Positions 27,320 to 34,810 of a stretch of DNA of 48,959 bases are shown piece by piece. The notes under the pieces were generated by a model. The model worked only from the letters and a program-made list of their open reading frames with translations, had not been told where the DNA came from and searched no databases. The DNA lies in assembly GCA_050050035.1 (NCBI GenBank), contig JASFVB010000001.1:1-48959 (forward strand), written 5' to 3'. The stretch comes from Acidimicrobiia bacterium (lineage in GTDB: Bacteria; Actinomycetota; Acidimicrobiia; Spongiisociales; ZC4RG35). The position numbers were made by a program, and so were the translations under genes. Each line of letters opens with the position of its first letter. Within the stretch, counting starts at the first letter, position 1.

Positions 27320-28444
27320 GTGAGTTCACGCAAGTCGGGGCTGGGCCGTGGGCTCGATGCGCTGATTCCGTCCGGGGGCAAATCCGGGTCGATGACAAGA
27401 CAACCTCAGAGAGAGGGCGGGACATCGATGTTCGGTCTCATCAACCCTGATGGCAGTGTTCGCGAGAAACTGCCCGTGACTCTCGACGAGACGAGAGCGC
27501 TCTACGCCGACATGGTCGAGGCGCGGGCCTTCGACGACAAGTCGATAGCCATGCAGCGGCAGGGTCGTCTCGCGACGTACGCGCCGTTTCGCGGCCAGGA
27601 GGCGGCTCAAATCGGTGCCGCGTCGGCTCTCCGGCCGGACGACTGGGTCGTGGCCACCTATCGAGATGCCGCCCTCAACTGGCGAGCCGGCTATCCGTGG
27701 GGTCTGCTGACACTTGGGCGGACCGGAGACGAGCGCGGTGGTCGAGTGCCCGACGAGGTCAACATCCTCCCGCCTTCCATCACCGTCGGCGGGCACATGA
27801 TTCACGCCGTCGGCCTGGCGTGGGCAGAGGTTCTCATGGGCTCGGACCGCATCGCCCTGACCTCATTTGGTGACGGAGCGACGTCTGAGGGCGACTTCCA
27901 CGAAGCGATGAACATCTCCGCCGTCTTCAACACACCCACGGTCTTCTTCTGTCAGAACAACGGATATGCCATCTCCAACCCGACGTCTGCGCAGACACGG
28001 TCGGAATCGTTGGAGATCAAGGCCGCGGCCTACGGGATGCCGGGGATTCGAGTGGACGGCAATGACGTGGTGGCCGTGTTGGTGGCGGTGAGGGAGGCCG
28101 CATCGTTGGCCCGGTCCGGCGAAGGGCCGAGCTTCGTAGAGGCGGTGACCTACCGCATGGGGCCACACACGACGGCGGATGACCCGAGCAGATACCGGTC
28201 CGAGGTCGAGGCCGAGTTGTGGCTGGAGAGAGATCCCCTGGAGCGCGTGCGACGACTCCTAGAAGCCCAGGAGGCGTGGACGGCGGAGTGGCAGGACGAG
28301 TTGGAGACCCAGGCTGCGGAGACGATCGATAAGGCTGTGGAGTGGGCGGAGGCGGTGCCGGAGCCGACGTTCGAGGAGATGCTGGGTCGCATGTACGCCG
28401 AGCCGACCACGCCGCTGCGTGAGCAGATGGACGGTCACGGATGA
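27320..28444 (+). CDS. 2-oxoacid (pyruvate/branched-chain) dehydrogenase E1 component alpha subunit, TPP-dependent
   Basis: TPP motif GDGATSEGDFHEAMN. GTG 27320 lies 6 nt after AAGGAG. An alternative start is ATG 27428 (MFGLINPDG). Confidence 0.88.
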   Translation: MSSRKSGLGRGLDALIPSGGKSGSMTRQPQREGGTSMFGLINPDGSVREKLPVTLDETRALYADMVEARAFDDKSIAMQRQGRLATYAPFRGQEAAQIGAASALRPDDWVVATYRDAALNWRAGYPWGLLTLGRTGDERGGRVPDEVNILPPSITVGGHMIHAVGLAWAEVLMGSDRIALTSFGDGATSEGDFHEAMNISAVFNTPTVFFCQNNGYAISNPTSAQTRSESLEIKAAAYGMPGIRVDGNDVVAVLVAVREAASLARSGEGPSFVEAVTYRMGPHTTADDPSRYRSEVEAELWLERDPLERVRRLLEAQEAWTAEWQDELETQAAETIDKAVEWAEAVPEPTFEEMLGRMYAEPTTPLREQMDGHG

Positions 28445-28486
28445 GCCGTCGCCGGCACCCGTCCTTGGCTTCTGTGGGGAGGCGAC

Positions 28487-29464
28487 GTGGCTGAGGTCAA
28501 CCTCGCCCAGGCGCTCAACGGTGCGTTGGACACCGCTCTCGCGGTCGACGAGCGAGTCGTCCTCCTCGGCGAGGACATCGGGCAGACCGGCGGTGTGTTC
28601 CGTATCACCGACGGTCTCCGCACCCGTCACGGACGCAAACGCGTTTTCGACACACCCGTCGCCGAGTCCGGAATAGTCGGAGCGGCCTTTGGCATGGCCG
28701 TCGCCGGTCTTCGTCCGGTCGCCGAGATCCAGTTCATGGGCTTCTCCTATCCCGCCTACGACCAGATCATCAACCACGTGGCCCGAATTCGGAATCGAAC
28801 CGCGCATCGCTACTCGGCCCCGATGGTCATTCGCATCCCGTACGGCGGCGGGATCGGCGCCGCCGAGCACCACTCCGAGTCGACGGAGGCGATCTATGCG
28901 CATATCCCCGGGTTGAAGGTCGTCGTCCCCTCGACGCCCCACGATGCTCGGGGTCTTCTGCTCGCCGCCATCGAGGACCCCGACCCGGTGGTCTTCCTCG
29001 AGCCGATCCGGCTCTACAGGGCGGTGAAGGAGGACATCCCGGACACCTACTTCACGACCGAGATCGGCCCAATTCGCCTCGAGCGTCCCGGTGACGACAT
29101 CACGCTGATCAGTTGGGGGGCGATGATGAGAGAGACCCGCGCCGCGGCCGACGTGCTGGCCGGAGATGGTGTGTCGGTCGAGGTGATCGATGTGAGGACG
29201 TTGGCTCCCCTGGATCGTGAGGGGGTCGTTGCCTCGGCAGCCAAGACAGGCCGTGTCGTGATCATTCACGAAGCGCCGTTGACCGGTGGCTTTGGGGGGG
29301 AGATCGCGGCGACGATCTCCGAGCAGGCCCTCTACTCGCTTGATGCCCCGGTGCGGAGAGTGACCGGTTGGGACACGGTGTTCCCCCTGAAGAGGTCGGA
29401 GGGCCACTACCTTCCCTCCGTAGACCGAATCGTTGCTGCTGCCCGCGAGACACTGGAGGCATGA
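28487..29464 (+). CDS. 2-oxoacid dehydrogenase E1 component beta subunit
   Basis: LLGEDIG..GGVFR.T..L, a transketolase-like pyrimidine-binding and C-terminal domain pattern. GTG start after GGGGAGG. Confidence 0.92.
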   Translation: MAEVNLAQALNGALDTALAVDERVVLLGEDIGQTGGVFRITDGLRTRHGRKRVFDTPVAESGIVGAAFGMAVAGLRPVAEIQFMGFSYPAYDQIINHVARIRNRTAHRYSAPMVIRIPYGGGIGAAEHHSESTEAIYAHIPGLKVVVPSTPHDARGLLLAAIEDPDPVVFLEPIRLYRAVKEDIPDTYFTTEIGPIRLERPGDDITLISWGAMMRETRAAADVLAGDGVSVEVIDVRTLAPLDREGVVASAAKTGRVVIIHEAPLTGGFGGEIAATISEQALYSLDAPVRRVTGWDTVFPLKRSEGHYLPSVDRIVAAARETLEA

Positions 29465-30772
29465 GTGGCGCGTGAGTTCAGGCTCCCCGACATCGGTGAG
29501 GGGCTGACCGAGGCGGAGATCGTGCGGTGGCTCGTCGCCGAAGGCGACGACGTCGAGGAAGATCAGCCCATAGTCGAAGTGGAGACCGACAAGGCGGTCG
29601 TCGAGATCCCGTCTCCATTTGCCGGTGTCGTCGTTGCCCACGGAGGCGCCGAGGGAGAGATGATCGCCGTCGGAGACGTCCTGGTCACCATTGGCGAGCC
29701 CGGTGAGTCTGCGGTGTCTGCGCCGACGTCGACCGATGACGTTGAGCGTGTGGAGGTCGGGGTTGAGGCCGCTCCCATAGTCGGCACTCTCAGCGACCAG
29801 GCAGAGGTGCTCGAACCGGCGAGTGGGGATCCCGGCGGAATGCCGGTGACGATCCAGGCTCTCCCCATCGTTCGGAAGCTGGCCCGTGAGAACGACGTCG
29901 ACCTCGAGACCGTCGCCGGCACCGGTCCCGGCGGCCGGATCACCCGGGCGGATATCGAGGCTGTGATCGCAGGACGGGGCACGGTCGAAGCGGAGCTCGC
30001 CGAGGCGGTCCAACCGTCTCCAGAGCCGGAAGCGCTCGTGACCGAGGAAGTCGAGTTCACGCCGGAAGCGACCCGCGGTGGGGAGGCCGGCGAAGACGAG
30101 CGCCGCCCTCTGACCCGTCTGCGGCGGACGATCGCAGCCAACATGACCCAGAGTTGGACCGAGACTCCCCATGTGACGACGTTCGACGACGCCGACGCGA
30201 CGAGGTTGCTCGAGGTTCGCAAGGCCCTCGGGGATCGTCACGACATGAAGATCCCCATCGAGGCCCTCGTCATCAAGGCCGTTCTCCCGGCCTTGGACGA
30301 GTTCCCCGAGCTCAACGCGACCCTGGAGGGCGACGATCTCGTGCTTCACCACGCACGTGACATGGGAATCGCAGTCGACACTGCAGAGGGGCTGATGGTG
30401 GCCGTGATACGAGACGCCGACTCACGCAGCGTCCTCGACCTCGCCAAGGAGATCCGTCGTCTCGGTGACGGTGCCAGGGAGCGAACCCTGACCCCGTCCG
30501 AGTTGACCGGCCAGACCTTCACGGTCTCGAACATCGGGGCCGTCGGAGGTGGCCACGGGACTCCGATCATCCCCCCGGGAACGACGGCGATCTTGTCGGT
30601 CGGAGTGGCCCGTCTGCGCCCCGTCGTCTACGAAGGCGACCTGGCGATCGCTCCGGTGATGCCATTGTCGCTCTCGTACGACCATCGGGTCATCGACGGG
30701 GCGGTGGGGCGACGCTTCATGGCGCTCGTTTTGGAGAACCTCGAGGAGCCGGCACTGTTCCTGGCAGTTTGA
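29465..30772 (+). CDS. dihydrolipoamide acyltransferase (E2) with one lipoyl domain
   Basis: Lipoyl-Lys motif VETDKAVVEIPSP, a peripheral subunit-binding domain (PIVRKLARENDVDL..GTGPGGRI), and the catalytic motif SLSYDHRVIDGA. Confidence 0.92.
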   Translation: MAREFRLPDIGEGLTEAEIVRWLVAEGDDVEEDQPIVEVETDKAVVEIPSPFAGVVVAHGGAEGEMIAVGDVLVTIGEPGESAVSAPTSTDDVERVEVGVEAAPIVGTLSDQAEVLEPASGDPGGMPVTIQALPIVRKLARENDVDLETVAGTGPGGRITRADIEAVIAGRGTVEAELAEAVQPSPEPEALVTEEVEFTPEATRGGEAGEDERRPLTRLRRTIAANMTQSWTETPHVTTFDDADATRLLEVRKALGDRHDMKIPIEALVIKAVLPALDEFPELNATLEGDDLVLHHARDMGIAVDTAEGLMVAVIRDADSRSVLDLAKEIRRLGDGARERTLTPSELTGQTFTVSNIGAVGGGHGTPIIPPGTTAILSVGVARLRPVVYEGDLAIAPVMPLSLSYDHRVIDGAVGRRFMALVLENLEEPALFLAV

Positions 30773-31338
30773 TGCCACACGTCCACGTGCTCACCTACGA
30801 CGAGACCACTGGTGTGGCACGGCGGGAGTACGACTCTGCGCGACGAAGGGCCGGTCGTATATGGAACATCGTCTCGATCCAGAGCCAGCTACCCGAGGTC
30901 ATGCGTGACTCGATGCGCCTCTATCAGTCGATCATGTTCGGGCCGTCACCGCTGACACGGGCACAGCGGGAGATGATGGCCGTCGTCACGTCGCAGGCAA
31001 ACGACTGCCACTACTGAATCGCGGCCCATCTGCACGACCTCCGTGCCGAGGTCGAAGACCCGACGGTGGCGGACGACGTGGCGGCTGACTGGAGGAGCGC
31101 AGACCTGTCGTCAACAGATCGCGCTCTCTGTGAGTACACCGAGAAGCTGACGGAGTCACCTGCCGACGTCGGTGAGGAGGACGTAGACCAACTGCGAGCG
31201 GCCGGGCTCGACGATGCAGCGATCTCGAGTGCCACACAGGTTGTGGCCTACTTCAACTACATCAACCGGATCGCCGAGGGTCTTGGCGTGCCGATGGAGA
31301 CCTGGCTCAACGCCGACGGCACCGTGAGACATACCTAG
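30772..31338 (+). CDS. AhpD-like / carboxymuconolactone decarboxylase-family peroxidase-related protein with in-frame TGA (codon 82): candidate selenoprotein, or a pseudogene
   Basis: ORFs 30769-31017 and 31066-31338 share one frame and are separated by a single TGA (31015-31017). The motif reads NDCHY[TGA]IAAH, against the family pattern CxxCxxxH. The ATG overlaps the E2 stop codon (TGATG). Confidence 0.6.
31035..31054 (+). promoter_or_regulatory. candidate bacterial SECIS hairpin (CGACCUC-CGUGCC-GAGGUCG)
   Basis: 7-bp perfect stem with a 6-nt loop containing GU. It starts 17 nt after the in-frame UGA. Confidence 0.35.
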
Positions 31339-31351
31339 GGTCTGCCCGGCC

Positions 31352-32824
31352 ATGGCAAAGGACAAGAAGAAAAAGAAGAAGGCCCCGAAGTCGAAGACCC
31401 CGAAGATCAAGGACCAGAAGGTCACCAAACAGCTGCGGGGAGAGTTCGGTGGCGAGGAAGTCCCGTACACGGTCACTGCGGCGACGCATGTGTTCGAGAC
31501 CGGCGGAGAGAAGGTCTCGTTCTTCTACATGGCCTACACCAAGGACGAGGCCGATCCGGCCACGAGACCCATTCTGTTCTGCTTCAACGGTGGCCCGGGA
31601 TCGTCGACGGTCTGGCTGAACCTCGGCCTCTTTGGCCCCAAGCGGATGGAGTTCGACGAAGAGGGGTTCAAGCTGGGCATGCAAGGGCGTCTCATCGACA
31701 ACGAGTACTCGATTCTCGACGTCGCCGATGTGGTGTGCATAGATGCCATGGGGACCGGCTTCAGCCGTACCGCCGAGAAGGGCGAGGAGAAGAAGTTCCA
31801 CCACTTCAAAAAGGACATCGAGGCGTTCAGCGAGTTCATCGTCCACTACCTGAATCGCAACGGGCGCTGGGCGTCGCCCAAGTACCTGTCGGGTGAGAGC
31901 TATGGCACCCTGCGTGGAGCGGGCATCGCGCACGAGTTGTTCGAGAACCACAACGTGGAGTTCAACGGGATCGTCTTCATCTCGGTGATCTTGAACTACC
32001 AGACGTCGGCCATCGGGGAGAACATGCTGGTCCACCCGGGCAACGACCTGCCGTTCGCTCTCTATCTACCCACCTATGCGGCAACGGCCCATTACCACGG
32101 CATGGTGGCCGAGGAGTACCGGGAGATGCCGCTCCGCGACTTCCTGGACGAGGTCGAGGACTTCGCCCTCGGTGAGTACTGGACGGCCCTGGCCAAGGGA
32201 GACACACTCGATGACGCCTCGCGTAAGGCCGTGATGGACAGGCTGCACGCCTACACGGGCCTCGGTAACCAGTTCCTGGACCAATACGACCTCCGTATCC
32301 ACATCATGCGTTTCTGCAAGGAGTTGCTCCGTGATCGCAAGCGCACCGTGGGTCGGCTGGATTCGAGGTACGTGGGCATCGATCATCCCGGTGCCAGCAC
32401 CAGTCTCGAGTCCGACCCCAGCGGGGATGCGACACGGGGTGTCGCGGCGTCGGCGCTGAACCAGTATCTGCGGAATGAGATCGGTTTCGAGTCCGACGAC
32501 GTCTACAACGTCCTCTCCATGGATGTCTGGAAGAACTGGGATTACGAGGACTTCAAGGGCAGGTATGTCGACACGTCGGAGAAGCTCCGCGAGCTCCTTT
32601 CCCGCTCACGGGGGACGCGGGTCATGGTGGCCAACGGCTACTACGACCTGGCGACGCCGCATTTCGCCACCGAGTACACGTTCTCCCACATGGGTCTGGA
32701 CCCCGACGTGCGGGGGAACGTGCAGATGGAGTACTACGACGCCGGGCACATGATGTACGTGCGCCGTGCGTCGTTGGAGAAGCTGGCCACCGACATCCGG
32801 ACCTTCGTCGCCGAGACGTCTTGA
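31352..32824 (+). CDS. S10 family serine carboxypeptidase-like peptidase with poly-Lys N-terminus
   Basis: NGGPGSS, the catalytic Ser motif SGESYG and a C-terminal DAGHMMY. N-terminus is MAKDKKKKKKAPKSK. Confidence 0.8.
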   Translation: MAKDKKKKKKAPKSKTPKIKDQKVTKQLRGEFGGEEVPYTVTAATHVFETGGEKVSFFYMAYTKDEADPATRPILFCFNGGPGSSTVWLNLGLFGPKRMEFDEEGFKLGMQGRLIDNEYSILDVADVVCIDAMGTGFSRTAEKGEEKKFHHFKKDIEAFSEFIVHYLNRNGRWASPKYLSGESYGTLRGAGIAHELFENHNVEFNGIVFISVILNYQTSAIGENMLVHPGNDLPFALYLPTYAATAHYHGMVAEEYREMPLRDFLDEVEDFALGEYWTALAKGDTLDDASRKAVMDRLHAYTGLGNQFLDQYDLRIHIMRFCKELLRDRKRTVGRLDSRYVGIDHPGASTSLESDPSGDATRGVAASALNQYLRNEIGFESDDVYNVLSMDVWKNWDYEDFKGRYVDTSEKLRELLSRSRGTRVMVANGYYDLATPHFATEYTFSHMGLDPDVRGNVQMEYYDAGHMMYVRRASLEKLATDIRTFVAETS

Positions 32825-32913
32825 CGTAACACGCCGGAGCCGGTACCGGTGTGGCGGCCACCCTTTGATGCCCCGTCGACGGTCCGGCCGCGAGGTGGTG
32901 GTGCATCTCCCGC

Positions 32914-32943
32914 TTGACGGATCGGGGGTCCATCCGACATAAT
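32914..32943 (+). promoter_or_regulatory. sigma-70-like promoter TTGACG-N18-CATAAT upstream of the ABC-2 operon
   Basis: The hexamers are read directly from the sequence, 33 nt upstream of GTG 32976. AGGAGG RBS at 32965-32970. Confidence 0.45.
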
Positions 32944-32960
32944 TCAACAAGCGTTGAATT
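32941..32960. promoter_or_regulatory. palindromic operator candidate AATTCAAC-aagc-GTTGAATT (probable TetR site)
   Basis: Perfect 8-bp arms overlap the -10 hexamer. It is AT-rich in a GC-rich genome, and a TetR gene closes the same operon. Confidence 0.5.
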
Positions 32961-32975
32961 AACCAGGAGGCAGAA

Positions 32976-34010
32976 GTGCTGGCCATGATCCGCAAGGAGT
33001 TCCGTCAGGTGCGTCGCGACCGGCGGACGCTGGCGATGCTCATCGTGATGCCGGTCGTGCTCCTGCTCGTCTTCGGGTACGCCGCCAGCTTCGACGTCTC
33101 CGAGATCCCCACGGTCGTCGTGGGCTCGCAGGCCGATGCCGCGGCAGACCGTCTGCCCGACATCCTCGTGGTCGACTCGGTCGACACCGACGGGACCGCT
33201 GCAGATGCCGAGCAAGCGCTCGTGGCTGGTGATGCCCAGGTGGCCGTTGTCGCAGAAGCCTCCGCGCCGACGATGCTCATCGACGGGTCGGAGCTGTTCA
33301 TGGCACAGGCGGCCGTTCAGGTTGCGACGGCGATGTCACAGGTCGTCCCCGGCCTGACCCACCAGGTGTTGTTCAACCCCGATCTCGACACCTCCGCCGT
33401 GCTCGTCCCCGGGCTCGCCGGGTTGATAATCGTGTTCGTGGGGACCTTGGTGACCTCGATGTCGGTGGTTCGAGAGCGCGAGGCGGAGACCCTCGAGCAG
33501 CTGGCGGTCATGCCCTTCAAACCACGCGACGTGTTCGTCGGCAAGATCGCCCCGTACTTCCTCATCGCCTCGATCGACATCACGGCCGTGATCCTCATCG
33601 GGATTCTGCTCTTCGACGTCCCCTTCAACGGGTCGATCATTCCCCTGGCGTTTGGTGCACTCATGTTCCTCTTCGTGGCGCTCGGTGTGGGCGTCCTGAT
33701 CTCGTCGGTGTCGGAGAACCAAGGCCAGGCGATCCAGTTGGCGTTGATGACTGTCCTGCCTCAGATCATGCTGTCCGGGATCATCTTTCCCCTGTCGTCG
33801 ATGGCGCCGGCTGTGCGCTGGATCGGCTATCTGCTGCCGCTGACATACTTCAATCAGGTGGCCAAGGGCGTGATGATCCGGGGAGCGGGATTGGGCGATC
33901 TCCTCGTTCCGCTCGGTCTGCTCGTTCTCCTCGGCTCGGTCATCTTCGCTCTCGCAGTGATCAGGTTCGCAGGCCAGCTGAGACCGGCTCGGGCCAGGGT
34001 GACCGCATGA
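32976..34010 (+). CDS. ABC-2 type transporter permease
   Basis: 344 aa. One N-terminal TM segment, an extracytoplasmic loop and 5 C-terminal TM segments, which is the ABC-2 layout. ATGA overlap with the next gene. Confidence 0.8.
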   Translation: MLAMIRKEFRQVRRDRRTLAMLIVMPVVLLLVFGYAASFDVSEIPTVVVGSQADAAADRLPDILVVDSVDTDGTAADAEQALVAGDAQVAVVAEASAPTMLIDGSELFMAQAAVQVATAMSQVVPGLTHQVLFNPDLDTSAVLVPGLAGLIIVFVGTLVTSMSVVREREAETLEQLAVMPFKPRDVFVGKIAPYFLIASIDITAVILIGILLFDVPFNGSIIPLAFGALMFLFVALGVGVLISSVSENQGQAIQLALMTVLPQIMLSGIIFPLSSMAPAVRWIGYLLPLTYFNQVAKGVMIRGAGLGDLLVPLGLLVLLGSVIFALAVIRFAGQLRPARARVTA

Positions 34011-34810
34011 AGTGGGGAGCGCAGAACGTCACGGTCGAGTTCGGAGGCCGTCCCGCGCTGAGGGACGTTGGCCTCGATCTCGTGCCTGGTCGCATAGCGA
34101 CAGTCGTCGGAGGTGACGGTGCCGGCAAGACGACCTTGTGCCGAACGATCGTGGGTCTGGAGAGATTGAAGGCCGGAGAGGTGAGCCGACCTCGTCGCAC
34201 CTGCTTTCAGCCGGAGACGTCGGGCGTGTGGGCCGACCTCACCGTCTCGGAGAACCTCGAGTTCGTGGCGGGGGGTTACGGTCTCGATCCGGCACATGCC
34301 CGCTCCCGGATCGCCGAGCTCCTCGAAGTGACGGCTCTGGCTCTTGCCCGCGACCGGCTCGGTCGTCAGCTCTCAGGAGGAATGCGCCAGAAGCTGGGTG
34401 TGGCGATGGCAGTCCTCTCCGAGCCCGAGCTCCTCGTCCTAGACGAGCCCACCACCGGGCTGGACCCGGTGAGTCGGCTCGAGTTGTGGTCGTTCATCAA
34501 CATGTCGGCTCGAGAGGGACGGGCCATCCTCGTCAGCACCTCCTACATCGACGAGGCCTATCGAGGTGACACCCTCCTGGCCCTGGACGAGGGCAGGGTC
34601 CTCGCCGACGGGACCGTCGCCGATGCGATCGCTGCAATGCCCGGAGAGCTGTTCCAGACGGACCACAAGGAGGGTTCCCACTCGTGGCATCGAGGAGGCT
34701 CATGGCGTGTTTGGTCTCCTGACGGCTCTCCGATTCCAGGTGGCACCGCGTTGTCGCCGGACCTGATGGACGCGGTGACGGTCGCGGCCCTGGCGGGGGA
34801 GATGAGATGA
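34007..34810 (+). CDS. ABC transporter ATP-binding protein (canonical signature, degenerate H-loop)
   Basis: Walker A GGDGAGKTT, signature LSGGM (34370-34384), Walker B LLVLDEPT. The H-loop position reads STSY (Ser at 34541-34543). Confidence 0.85.
   Translation: MKWGAQNVTVEFGGRPALRDVGLDLVPGRIATVVGGDGAGKTTLCRTIVGLERLKAGEVSRPRRTCFQPETSGVWADLTVSENLEFVAGGYGLDPAHARSRIAELLEVTALALARDRLGRQLSGGMRQKLGVAMAVLSEPELLVLDEPTTGLDPVSRLELWSFINMSAREGRAILVSTSYIDEAYRGDTLLALDEGRVLADGTVADAIAAMPGELFQTDHKEGSHSWHRGGSWRVWSPDGSPIPGGTALSPDLMDAVTVAALAGEMR

Noticed and set aside
28259-30352. Very long antisense ORFs. Examples: 697 aa at 28259-30352 (-), 395 aa at 5505-6692 (+), 407 aa at 12767-13990 (+), 420 aa at 41972-43234 (-), 309 aa at 19933-20862 (-) and 529 aa at 15906-17495 (+).
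   Set aside because: They lie opposite to, or out of frame with, genes that have clear family motifs. They are Arg/Gly/Pro/His-rich with no recognisable domains. These are typical shadow ORFs of high-GC DNA, where stop codons are rare.
27320-30772. Assigning the E1alpha/E1beta/E2 operon specifically to pyruvate versus branched-chain 2-oxoacid dehydrogenase.
   Set aside because: The motifs seen are common to both. Substrate specificity cannot be decided from the sequence by eye, so the generic call is kept.
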